Below are positions 33,583-45,449 of a DNA stretch of 64,000 nt, in pieces. The stretch spans positions 23,694,115-23,758,114 of the forward strand of contig JASCQW010000146.1 of the NCBI GenBank assembly GCA_030264375.1, given 5' to 3'. How positions within the stretch are numbered: position 1 is the stretch's first letter; each line of letters starts with the position of its first letter. The position numbers and the translations under genes are program-made. The notes under the pieces were generated by a model that saw only the letters and a list, made by a program, of their open reading frames with translations, was not told the origin of the DNA and did not search any database. The DNA comes from Carcharhinus longimanus (taxonomy: Eukaryota).

Positions 33583-34337
33583 GGGCCCTGTTTTACCATT
33601 TTGATTCTGAGTGCTGAAATTGGGAGTGTTTCAGATCTGACTTTTAGACCCATTCTCAGGTGCCCCTATATGCACTCTGCCTGCAGAAGCCTGTGGGCAG
33701 GGCTTAATGCTCATCGAAATACTGCTGCTCTAATTGGAGCCTTCAATTGTGCATGCCCAGTCAAATNNNNNNNNNNNNNNNNNNNNNNNNNNNNNNNNNN
33801 NNNNNNNNNNNNNNNNNNNNNNNNNNNNNNNNNNNNNNNNNNNNNNNNNNNNNNNNNNNNNNNNNNCCTCCCTCTCCCAGATGAAAGAGTGATCTGACCT
33901 GCCTCCCCCATGCCCCCCGCCCCCCCCCACCTGAGAGCCATCTGACCCTCCTCCCTCCCCCTCACCACCACCAATCTGAATCAGAGAGCTGCCAGCAGCT
34001 CTGAACTCACCTCCTCACAGCCTGGAGCGCCCGAATTGGATCTTTGTGGACCATGTCTGTTTCACACCAAATCTGGACGGGTGAACGCGGTGATAAAGGG
34101 GGAAAGTGCGGGTAAGCTTGGGCATCCAGCCCATTAAGTCAATTTAAATGCATGCAAATGCACTTAAATTGACGTCGCGCTCGTTTCGGGCGCGGTCCAG
34201 ACAGCGGCCATTTTCGGCAATTGGTAAAAGGGGAATGGGCACGGAGGCAGGCGTGGATCGCGTTACTTGCCTCATGCCCAACTTTACCAAGTTTTTGTGT
34301 CCGAAAACGGGCGCAACATGATGGTAAAATCGGGCCT
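33583..34337. mobile_element. Non-autonomous DNA transposon, CpG-rich (relatively young)
   Basis: TIR GGGCCCTGTTTTACCAT / ATGGTAAAATCGGGCC; spans the gap at 33767-33866. Confidence 0.65.
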
Positions 34338-34359
34338 GTTATGCTGCCTTCCATGTTAA

Positions 34360-34615
34360 AAGTAAAGTTTCTTTATTAGTAACATGTAGGCTGACATTAA
34401 CATTGCATTGAAGTTACAGTGAAATTCCCCTAGCCGCCACCCTTTTTCGGTCAATGCATCTAAACATCACGTCTTTCAGACTATGGGAGGAAACTGAAGC
34501 ATCTGGAGGAAACCCACAGGGAGAACGTGCAGACTCCGCACAGAGAGTGACCCAAGCTGGGAATCAAACCCAGGTCTGCTGGTGCTGTGAGGCAGCAGTG
34601 CTAACCACTGTGTCG
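34360..34615 (-). mobile_element. V-SINE subfamily with an alternative tail
   Basis: HE1-like head and V-domain, with the tail AATGCAATGTTAATGTCAGCCTAC..AATAAAG. Confidence 0.8.
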
Positions 34616-34818
34616 CGCTCCCCCTCAGCCCCACTGCAGTGCTGAATATTTCAGTTCAGGCATGAAGAATAGGTAATTGAGGTGGACTTGCTGTTTGCCC
34701 ATGAGATTCAACTCAGGTAAGAATAAGAAAAGAAATAAAAATCTCAACTGGAGACTTGTAAATTAAATAGTAACGATTTTTCTACAGTATTAATGCACTC
34801 ATCGGTGCATTTACTCAC

Positions 34819-34958
34819 CAATCCAGTCCGTTGTGAGTAAAGAATATGGGCTTCTGGGGTGAATAGAACTGGAGGAGAAATTAGATCTGATATTGGCTTG
34901 AAATATGTAATATCATTTCCTTTGTGGTCTGGCGGTGAAATCCTCTTGCTGATGATGG
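34819..34958 (-). CDS. GRHL3: GRHL3 coding exon (140 nt)
   Basis: CTTTTCATTTAACAG|(T)IISKRISPPDHKGNDITYFKPISDLISPPVLFTPEAHILYSQRTGL|GTGAGT; GRHL motif TYxxP..DL..PVLF.P; phase 1 to 0. Confidence 0.93.
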
Positions 34959-35778
34959 CTGTTAAATGAAAAGGATGAGACGGGAGATTAAGAGCATATT
35001 TCTTTGCAGGTTGATAATGAATACAGATAGAAAAAGGCTTTGCAGATATCGTCACTCAGAGCAACAGGTTTAACAGAGACCAAATTCCCATCCACCACAG
35101 CTATTGCAAACTTTACAGTCTTCAATCACTCCAACAGAGCAGAAGAAATCAAGAGCTAAGAAATGACATCAAAGCTAACCCACCCCAAAGACAAATGGCA
35201 GAGGGTGGCAGTGGCTGTAGCGGGCGGAGGGGGGGTGGATGGAGGGAGGGCAGAGAAGTTAAACTATCAAATGAGCAAAATTGTTTTTATGGCAATGGAT
35301 TTCATGGCCCCTGAGTATACCAACACGGAAAGGAGATTAAATTTGGATCCCAATTTCATTACTGAGTCAGCTTGCATTGAGTCAGAAAGCCCAATATTGA
35401 AAAAAAAACAGGAGTCACCAACTAATTGCCTTTTCCAGCACTTCTTGTGAGCCAGGAGGAGCAGGAATGGGTCGCTCAAAGAAGCCTACAACCTCTTATC
35501 TGCAGGTCATAGTCTCTCTCCTTTTGCCAATTGTTGACTCCCTCCCTGCTACCAGCTGCAATATCTGTTCTTCCCCCAAAACTGTAAATACTGACTGAAA
35601 TGACTCCTCAGAGGCTGGTCTTCCTTCATCGGATTCCCTTTCCTTATAAACTCAATACCACTCCTCGACTGCTTCTGGTACAAAGTGAGAATCAGGGATG
35701 CCAGTGGACCTGACTCTCTCGTATACAGGTGAAGGGTGCGTGTGCGTGTGCGTGTGTGTGTGGAGGTTGGGGGGGCGC

Positions 35779-35920
35779 CAATATTATGAGTTCAATGAGA
35801 CCCATACGGTTGGCCTCTTGGAGTATGAGCTGCCTGACTGAGGTCATAATTGCCTGCCCAATCAAGAAGCTGATACTCCAAGAGGCCAACCTTGGGCGTC
35901 TCACTGAAGTCATAATATTG
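35779..35920. repeat. Inverted repeat / long hairpin (53-bp arms, 36-nt spacer)
   Basis: 35779-35831 is the reverse complement of 35868-35920 at 46/53 positions, including a perfect 19-bp core GGTTGGCCTCTTGGAGTAT. Confidence 0.9.
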
Positions 35921-37009
35921 ACTTCCCCCCAACTCCACCGCTGCCTCTCCCCCTTCTTGTCACATTACTGCTGAATATCTCTGGTTGTAGTTCTCCCCAG
36001 CCCACCCCAACTCCAAGCCATGTCGTTGGTTTGCCTATTAATTGGGCTGGCTACTGGGCGAGAAAGGGATGTTGGGTGGGAACTGATAATGAGGACTTGC
36101 TGTTTAATTCTGTAGGAGCTTTGCAATCCCCTGTTTCCCATCGCCTGCCCGCCTCTCTGAGAATATCAGGAGCACGGAGTCCATTCCTTCCAAATTTTTC
36201 AAATCAATCTAATCTACCGTTCACTCACTCTGACTGGACTTGCAGTGTCAACCAGAGCTGTACTTTGCAAAGTGCTTTCATCTCGGGAGGAATATCCCCA
36301 GTGGCACAAATGGGAAATGTGGGTTTCAAACACCAGAGTCCTTATGGCTACTCCAAGTGAGAATCCCACAGTAAAAAAATTAAAAACAAAAAATGTATCT
36401 CCTAGAAACCCAAAATGAAAGCGAAATATAATGCAAAACACAAACCAGGTCAGTCAGTATCTATAATGAGAAAAAGCAGGGTACGTAATATTGTGGGATG
36501 TACTCTTCATCAGACTGAAGATTAAATAGTAAAGAGTAAGTTCAGTAAAGTTAAGAAGTTGGAGAGGAAATAATGGTAGAAGTTAAGAGGAAAAGGACAT
36601 ATAGCAAGGTAGTTAATGAATTAACTAGCCTGAAAGGTGTCAAGTAGAAAATAAGTGATATAAAAGATAATACAGACATATAGAAAGAGCAAAAGAATGT
36701 GGAAATAATGGGGGAAAGGGTTGAAAAGGCAAAGGAGCGTCACATGCAGAACAAACATTTGCAAAATAAACAAACAACAGAAGAGGAAAAATGTAAAAAA
36801 TGTGCTTGCGGCAGAAATTGAATTCTAACCAAAAAGGAGAATCCCAGGAGACAAGAGGATGAAGAATGATCATACGCTGAGATCCCAGGTTACAGCTAGC
36901 TCCGAATCCTGAAAACTATCACCCTCCTCCCAGAAATTGCCAGGCCCTTCCGACATCGCAAGCAACAACTGCTATGAAGAGAGCAGCTGGGTTTGAAGCT
37001 GCCAGCATC

Positions 37010-37190
37010 ACGTCTCTGCGTGGGTTTCCTCCGGGTGCTCCGGTTTCCTCTCACACTCCCAAGATGTCCGGGTTAGGTTGATTGACCCATCAGGGGGATT
37101 AGCAGGGTAAATACAGGGGAGGGGGGGGGGGTATAGGGATAGGATTGTTGTCGGTGCAGGCTCGATGGGCCGAATGGTCAGGATTCTATG
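37010..37190 (+). mobile_element. HE1-type V-SINE fragment
   Basis: V-domain and GATGGGCCGAATGG..GATTCTATG tail. Confidence 0.8.
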
Positions 37191-38734
37191 AAAATCGCAG
37201 TTAAGACAAGATAGATAAGAGGCAGGATTTTTCCTGTGAGCTAGTGAACCTCACGGTTAGGCTGAAATGGGGGTTAGGAGACTGAAAGTGGGTGGGAAAA
37301 GAGTCATTCAACATGATTTTCCTCAGAGGGACTAATTAGCAGTTGCTAACCAATTAAGGGTGGTGAGCAGGCTCTTGAAACTAGAGGGCCAGAGGATTTA
37401 TAGCTTGAAGGCAGCCATTGGATGCCGTGGCAGTTAATTGAGGGAGAGGATGCTTCAGAATGGAGATGCCAGTTGTATTATCACTTTCTAGGTTGACATA
37501 CAGGAAGCTGAAGGGCAGGAAGAAAGTTTGAGCACAAAGCTTCAACGGCAACTTGTTGTTTCAGCCAACACTGTGCAAGAGAATTGAATCACGTGACACT
37601 TCATAACTTCCCCTGTCGGCATATATATTAGCATGAGCACATATTAAAATGATTATCTTTAACATATTAGCAAATCCTCTTTCATGACATTGCAGTGTCA
37701 TTCCAACTATATTAAATTTAACATAAAAAATGATATTTGTAGCAAGGCCATACTATGGTCTGAGGACAGGGGTGAGGTTGGAGGTGGGGGGCCCTCTCTG
37801 GAGCCCTGTCCAGTTGGCAACCTATGGCTGCTGCAGCAGCCTGGCAGTGCAGGGAGGGCCTCTAGGCCTGGAGTCAGGAAGCCACCTCCAGGCGGCTAAG
37901 TTAGCCTCTGCCACCCATGTGCACTTAGAGGCCATCTTTGGAAAATCCCGTCTGGCCTCCTCCAGTGGCTTCAGGTTGCCATTAATTAGTTGAATTGGTT
38001 TAACCCTCTGTCAGGGCTGAGAACCCTGCCAGCATCACCCTACCACAACCTCCACCACCAACCCCCCACCCCCTGATATTTTTCATTTCAGGCCCGGTTT
38101 GGGGGGGCAGAATGGAAACTGGCACACGGGACAGTCCTACCCACCTCCGCTTCTGTCCCTGACCCATCGAGGATTGTGGCTTTTGAATCTTACGTTGGAA
38201 TTGCAGCAGGAAACATTTGGATGTCAGGTTGGAAATGGAAAAGTGATTGTTAAGGTGAAGAGACACGGGCAGTTTAGGGTAACAAAGATATTCAGCAAAA
38301 CTCCATTTGGGTTTCCCAGTTTGGAGGTGGCCGGAAGGTAAGGTTGAGAAGGTTTGTGTGAGCGCACGGATGGAGTGTTTGAGACACAGAGCAATGATGT
38401 GACAGAAGGAAATAAGCAGACATTGCACCTGCTGTGTCTGCAGGGGAGGGCACCACTAGAAGGATAGCTGGAAGTGGGGATGGTGGAAGATTTAGCAAGA
38501 GTATTTTTCAGGGAACCAGACCCTTTGAAAGACAGAGAAAGCTGAGGAAAACATGCTTAATTTGTGGGAGCATTTTATGTACAGTGAAAATCGTCGAAGG
38601 GGAGCTGCGAATTGAACAGAAAGTGAAAACAAGAAGGACTCTACTGATGTTGTGAGAGGAAGGGGAGGGATAAGAACAAACAACCGGGGAAAGGGCAGGA
38701 TGCAGAGTTCGTTTGAAAGAAACGGGAGAGATTT

Positions 38735-39027
38735 AAGTTTCTTTATCATTGTCACAAATAGGCTTCCATTAACACTGCAATGAAGTTACTATGAATATCC
38801 TCCAGTCACCACACTCTGGCATCTGTCTGGATACACTGAGGGAGAATTTTGCGTGGTCAATGCACCTAACCGGCACATCTTTCGGACTGTGGGAGGAAAC
38901 CGGAGCACCCGGAGGAAACTCGTGCAGACACGGGGAGAACATGCAGACTCCACACACACAATGACCCGAGCTGGGAATTGAACCCAGGTCCCTGGTGCTG
39001 TGAGGCAGCAGCGCTAATCACTGTACC
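38735..39027 (-). mobile_element. V-SINE subfamily with an alternative tail
   Basis: Full head and V-domain, with the tail GTAACTTCATTGCAGTGTTAATG..GTGACAAT. Confidence 0.85.
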
Positions 39028-39638
39028 AAATTTCAGAAGCTCTGTGGGAAATGGGGTTGTCAGAGAAAACTGAGGAGTTCTTAGGTTTAATGATGCATTT
39101 ACTCCCTCTGTGTATTCCATCTTTCCCTGTCTCTTGCTCCACTTTTTTTTCTCTATTTTGTAATCTCACTAAAATATCTGTTCATCTCTTTGCCATTAGT
39201 CCGTTGAAGGATATACATTTCTCTTCACTGATGGCTGACTAACCTACTGTGTATTTTTATCATTTTCTGAATTAGAACCCTGCTGTTTTAAAAAAAAAAG
39301 TGACTTTTCTCCTGATATTTCACAGAGAATTTAATCTTATCCTCCTTTGAGTTCTTCAAGTTCAGTATTTCCTATTCAGGACAGAGCATATATTTTGTAC
39401 ATTCTTGACTTTGCTCCGCGTCTGTTGTGCTGGAGGTAGAGTCTTGTGCCATTAGGATTTTCATACACTTTATTTTGTAGGGTTTTGTAATGCCATCCCA
39501 AACAGTGGCTGGAATTCTCCGGCCTCGCTTGTGGCTGGCATTACCTGATCCTACTGCAGTGAATGGAGATTTGACCGAGTGCTGACTGTAAAGGTGAGGC
39601 ATACAAGATCGGAGAATTCCAGACAGTGTTTTACTTAC

Positions 39639-39717
39639 TGTCCGTGGTGGAATCTGGGAACTTGCTTTTTCTTTTTGATTGTTTGCGTTCTTCATCTCTC
39701 ATTTTCCTCTCAGCACC
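39639..39717 (-). CDS. GRHL3: GRHL3 coding exon (79 nt; DNA-recognition helix)
   Basis: CTTTGTTCCAG|GAERKMRDEERKQSKRKSKFPDSTTD|GTAAGT; KMRD is the GRHL3-type form (GRHL1/2 have KIRD). Confidence 0.97.
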
Positions 39718-39859
39718 CTGGAACAAAGTACAGAAGAAGAATATGGAGTCACTCTCAGATTGTGAACTTCAAGTTAAATTGTTAACAGGAAGCAACTTGC
39801 TTCCTTGTGTAAAATTGAAATAGTTAATTGTAACAGCAGTATAAGCAGTAGTGAGTCAG

Positions 39860-40475
39860 CTAGGATAATATTCATTGGAGTTTAGAAGAGTGAGGGGGAC
39901 CTCATAGAAATTTATAAAATTCTAACAGGATTAGAAAGAGTAGATTGAGAAAGAGTGTTCCTGATGGTGGGAGAGTCCTGAACAAGTTTGAGGATAAGGG
40001 GTATATCTTTTAGTACTGAAGTGAGGAGAAACTTCTTCACCCAGAGGATGGCGAATGTGTGGAATTCACTATTGCCGAATGTAGATGAGGTCAAAACATT
40101 GGGTGTGATTTTACAACCTTGCTTGAGTGAGACCAGGAATTCCTGCCAAGGTCAATGGACATTTTCATTGTCCGCCCCTCGCCGCTCTGATTCCATGACC
40201 AGCGGGGCGATTGTGTGATTTCAAGAAGGAATTAGATCTGTGGAATTCACTACCACAGAAAGTAGTTGAGGTCAAAACATTGTGTGAATTCAAGAAGGAA
40301 CTAGATATAGCTCTTGAGGCTAAAGCGATCAAGGGACACAGGGAGAAGATGGGATCAGGACATTGACTTTGATGATCAACCATGATCATAATGAATTGCA
40401 GAGCAAGCTCAAAGGGCTGAATTGTCTACTCCTGCTTCTATTTTCCTTGTTTCTGTGTTTCTACAAAGTACTAAT
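39860..40475 (+). mobile_element. CR1 LINE 3' end with an internal MITE and a short tandem duplication
   Basis: LEFRRVRGDLIEIYKILTGL and FSTEVRRNFFTQRMANVWNSL; MITE at 40101-40209. Confidence 0.85.
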
Positions 40476-41237
40476 AACCAAATGCTACATCATCATTCTC
40501 AAAGAATCCACACACTGTATTTCCTGTTGGCGGATCCAGTTTGTAGAATCAAACAATGATACAACACAATACAATACAATAGGCCATTCAGTCCGCCATG
40601 CCTGTGCCAGCTCTTTGGTTAAGATATCCAATTAATCTTATTTCTCTGCTCTTTCCCCATAACCCTTTAACTTTGCTCCTTTAAAGCACTTATCTATCTT
40701 GCTTTTGAACATTAGTGGTGAATCTGTCCCTGTGGTTCCAGAATTTGTGAGTCACCTTAACCCTGTATCCTTTGTGAAATGATTGTAACAACTCACCCTG
40801 TAAAGAAATGTTTCCTTCTGTCACCTCCAGTTGTTTTGCTCGTCACTTGTTGCTTTGGTTACTGACTCATCTGCTACTGGAAATCATTTCTTTTTATTTA
40901 CTCAGTCAAATCCATTCAGGATTTGGAACACCTCCAACAAATTTCTTCTTATCTCTCTCTATTCTAAGAATGCCCTCAGACTCTATACATAACTGATGTC
41001 CGTCATCCCTGTCACCAGTCCAGCAAATCTCTTCTGCATCCTTGAAGTCTCATGGTTCCAGAATTGAACACAATAGGCAGATTTTCCATTCCCATCAGTG
41101 GGTTTGACTTCCAGAAGAGTTAGATGGACTCAAAATATTAACTTTATTTTCTCCCTGCCAGACCTGTCAAGCCCTTCCAGTATTTTCTGTTTTTTTTTCA
41201 GATTCCAGCATCTGAGGTATTTTACTTTTATTTATGG

Positions 41238-41533
41238 GATGGCACAGTAGTTAGCAATGCTGCCTCGTAGCTCCAGAGAGCCGTGTTCAGTTCCGGCCTT
41301 GTGTCACTGTCTGTGTGGAATTTGCACGTTCTCCCCTTGTCTGTGTGGGTTTCCTCCAAGTGCTCCGGTTTCCTCCCACAGTCCAAAGATGAGTGGGTTA
41401 GGTTATTTGGCCATGCTAAGTTGTCCCTTAGTGTCAGGGGGACTAGCAGGGTAAGTATGTGGGTTATGAATGGGATTGTTGTCAGTGCAGTCTCAATGGG
41501 CCGAATGGCCTTTCTGCACTGAAGGGATTCTAT
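41238..41533 (+). mobile_element. HE1-type V-SINE
   Basis: Full length with head, V-domain and tail. Confidence 0.9.
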
Positions 41534-42679
41534 GGGACAAATTTTCTGTTCCGCCCACCATGGGAATCGGAGCGAAACAAGAGGTGGACCACGGAAAGGT
41601 CTGTTTTAAATGCAGGTGCGACCAGAAATGATTCTATGGTATGACCTCTTGATGTCTTTTATTATTAGCCTCACTTTACTACATTTGCAAGTTTCATGTC
41701 ATCTGCAGATGTTAATATTATAATGTATCATATCAATTCCAGGCCATTGATATATCTGAAAAAAGCAGTGGTCCCCATACTCTGCCCTGGGGAGCACCCA
41801 TTGCGTACATCTTTTTGTAGCAATCCAATTGATCTTTTTACCTTCTTTAGGCATTGCTAATCTATCACTTTAATCTGATTAATGCACTAGAGAAAAATAG
41901 ACTAGTGCTCCTAACAGTTTCATCTAACTGATTCTATTTACTGTCTATGCAAAGTATCTGGTCAGGAGACAAACTATCAGATTGTTATTCATTTCCAAAC
42001 CCTTGCATTTACACGGTTTTTGAAAATATAAGGGTGGTGTTTAGGTCCACATACCATATCACTGGATAAACAAAACAGACTGTTTCTACACCTTGGGCGT
42101 ACCTTAAACTCCAAGGAGTTCTTTTTCACCCATTCTCTCTTTCACTGTCACATTCCATTTCAGCTCCATCTGTTATTTTGTGATGGTTGATGCCTCAGGT
42201 ATATATTACATATCTTTCACTAATCCTAGCTCGGGTTTTAAAAGAGATCCTATCTCTTTTCATTTTTTACCATTATTCACAGTGGAAAAGAAAAACACAC
42301 TTACGCCAAAGACCTCTGTAGGACACGAGAGGTTTATTATAACAATGGCTCTTCAGCCAGTGCAAGTTTTATGGAATACTCCACAGCCATTGCAGTCAAC
42401 AAGATGGCACTTTCTTACCAGGGCTGAATTGCTAACTCAGTGCCGCTAAGGACTACAAGCCTTTCAATTGCAGTCACCCATCATCCAATCAATGTAAAAA
42501 TACAGTCAAACACCTACTAATGCACTCCTAACTTTGTGAAATCATTCTTTCATAACTTTCCCACTTGTAACAGTAACGCTATGTACCCGTCTAACCTATG
42601 ACAACATGGATTTGATCACTTGTTGAGAAAGCGGGTGCCTCACTTACCATTATAAACATAAACATCAGGAAAAAGATAC

Positions 42680-43367
42680 AATAGTCTGAGATCACGTACC
42701 AACATTTTCAAGAACAGCTTTGTCCCTGATGTCATCAGACTTTTCATTGAATCTCTACAGTGCAGAGGGAGGTCATTCGGCCCATCGAGCCTGCATCAAC
42801 AACAATCCCACCCAGGCCCTATCCCCTTAACCCCGTGTACTTATCCTGCTAATCCCCCTGACACTAAAGGGTGATTTAGCATGTCTAATCAACCTAACCT
42901 GCACATGTTTGGACTGTGGGAGACAACTGGAGCATCTAGAGGAAACCCACGCAGATACAGGGAGAATGTGCAAACTCTACAGTCACCCAATGCCGGAATT
43001 GAATCTGGCTCTCTGGCACTGTGAGGCAGCAATGCTAACCACTGTGCCACCATGAATGGTCTAATCATATATTAAGCTGATCTTTCTCTTCACCCTATCT
43101 GTGTNNNNNNNNNNNNNNNNNNNNNNNNNNNNNNNNNNNNNNNNNNNNNNNNNNNNNNNNNNNNNNNNNNNNNNNNNNNNNNNNNNNNNNNNNNNNNNNN
43201 NNNNTCTTTCTCTTCACCCTATCTGTGTCTGTCAAATTGCATTCTGCACCCTTTTCTTTCTTTCTGCCCTATGTACTTCATGAACGGTATGCTGTATAGC
43301 GCGCCAGAAACAACTCTTTTCACTGTATCCTAATACATGAGACAATAATAAATCAAATCAAATCAAG
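42680..43367 (+). mobile_element. Rex1/Babar LINE 3' end interrupted by an HE1 SINE
   Basis: Matches 23310-23560 on both sides of the SINE; (AAATC)n tail. Confidence 0.8.
42748..43053 (-). mobile_element. HE1-type V-SINE nested in Rex1
   Basis: Full-length reverse copy. Confidence 0.9.
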
Positions 43368-43428
43368 TTTTAAATGACTAGGTTAGAGGTCTCATGTGTT
43401 GCCTAGAAAAGGTTTACCTTCCAGAGAT

Positions 43429-43556
43429 GGGGGGAAATTTTCCCATCACACCCGTCTCAGGAATCGTAGCAGGAGAGGGGTGGATAATGGAAAGGTCCAT
43501 TGACTTCGGGTGGGATTTTCTGATTTTGGGGTGAGCATGGCTGGAAAATCCCGCCC
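43429..43556. mobile_element. Short MITE-like element
   Basis: GGGGGAAATTTTCC / GGAAAATCCCGCCC; same family as 27148-27273. Confidence 0.7.
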
Positions 43557-44584
43557 ATGGTCTGCAAAGCATAGAGCCTAGAAACAGATTCTGATAGCCA
43601 GGTTTTTATTTCGAACTTGCCCACTCAGGACATGAACTGATGAGAAGCCTACAGATTTTTTCCAGCACTTTCCGCTTATCACTTCATCAGTTTCAATGGA
43701 GTAATCATGTTCCAAAGAATTGACTTAACTCAATCACTCAGGCTATAAGCGCACAAGTCAGGGGGCATTCCTCAACTGCACTCACCCAAAGTGTTTGAAA
43801 AAATTTATTTTGCAGGTTTTGGCATTTCGGTTGTGCAATGTATATTCCTATCACTGAGATTGTTTTCATTGCAGCAATGGCAGAACATTTCCTTTTTATC
43901 AGAGATTCATCTTATGCACAAAGAGAAAAAATTATCTTTATCCACTGGCATCAATAGGGGTTTCAGACAGGGAAAAGAACAGGATATATTTTCTCCCGTA
44001 ATGTTAACTCTTTGCAATAAAAAGATAGAACTTATGGCTCTTGCCCATAATAAGCCACAACGTTGAATAAACCCAATTACAAATATGATCTACAGTTTGT
44101 CATTGCACGAAAATAAATGATGCAATACATCAATCCTTTACCAAATCCAGTTTGGCATTAGCAACTAACTAGAATGCTCACAATATTAGAACATAGCCAT
44201 TGGAAACTTAATGGATTGTTTTCTGTGAACAAAATATTAAAATAAATTTTCATACAAATTATACTATTGTCACCTTCATACTAATGCTCTTGACATTCTG
44301 TCAATTTTTTTTAATCTCCAACTCAGAAGAGCAACTCTTAATGAACATTTTTATTTTCTAAACTATCCTTAGCGTGTCACTGAGCCAGGCTAACAATTTT
44401 GTACCAATCAGGACTGAAGAGAGGGCATATTTGTGTTGTCGTTTGATGCTTACTGGGAATTAAACTATGATCAGCCACAATCACCACTTTCTTTTTGTTA
44501 ATATCTGAAACTTTTTTTTTCCCCACAATGTATCCACTTTTTATTTTTCTTATTTATATTTCTTGACCTTTGCTAATTATGGGA

Positions 44585-44950
44585 CATAGGACTCAGAAGC
44601 AGGAATAAGCCATTAGCCCTTCAAGCCTGCTCCACCATTCATTACAGTTATAGCTGATCTGGCTGTGGTCTTAACTTCATGTTGCTCCCTGCATTAACCT
44701 TGTCTCCCTTGCCTAACTAAAGTCTATCAGCATTGAATACATTTAAAGAGCCTACCTTCTGAAGAAGAGAATTCTAATGCCCATCTGAGAGAAAATAAAT
44801 TCTCCTCATCTCCTCATCTGCCTTAAAGGGGAGCCCACTTCTTCTTAAACTATGTTCCTCAGTTCTGGATTCACCCCCACAAGAGGAAACATCCTTCCTT
44901 TATCCACCCCATCCAGTCCCCTCAAGGTCTTTTTGTGTTAATAAGATCAT
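44585..44950 (-). mobile_element. CR1 LINE 3' fragment
   Basis: Reverse-strand CR1 3' UTR (AGCCATTAGCCCTTCAAGCCTGCTCCACCATTCA). Confidence 0.7.
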
Positions 44951-45029
44951 TCTATAAGATCATGCCACAAGACATCAACATCCAAACACAGCAGCTTTTA
45001 AGACACCACAAGCACAGATCAAACTGTAC

Positions 45030-45188
45030 CTTGTCCACAAATATTTTGATCTGACAGACGGCCCGGTGAATAGGCTTGTCTGATTTGGCTTCACAGTCAT
45101 AGGTGTCTATCTGGAGATTCAGGGGAAGACCTTTGACTCCCTTCTGTGAGGAGAAGTCTGTACTGAGGCAGTTAATACCAACATAAAC
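45030..45188 (-). CDS. GRHL3: GRHL3 coding exon (159 nt; CP2/Grainyhead DNA-binding domain)
   Basis: TCTCTCTAATAG|[53 protein letters not shown]|GTACAG. Confidence 0.98.
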
Positions 45189-45449
45189 CTATTAGAGAGA
45201 AAAGAAAATGGAAGAATTATTATTTTTTGCACACTGATCAATGCTCCCTTTATAATTAAAGTATCCATTTGGGTGAGTCTGGGAATTTTGGACTGAAATG
45301 TTAGAGGATTCTGATTCTGATTATCTCTGGGGAGCAGGTGACACATTAACATTCTCAGCTACTGAAAGAAGTATTTCAAATGAACTCTTTTTTATAGGTG
45401 GATCCAACGGATAATCACTGGTACTCTGGGCTAAACAGGGTAAAGTGAC

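Noticed and set aside
35062-35071. Grainyhead-like site AACAGGTTT near an exon (autoregulation?)
   Set aside because: A single degenerate match, expected by chance in 64 kb.
42103-42170. Exon-like segment on the minus strand containing GAE codons
   Set aside because: In-frame stops; the true GAERK exon is at 39639-39717.
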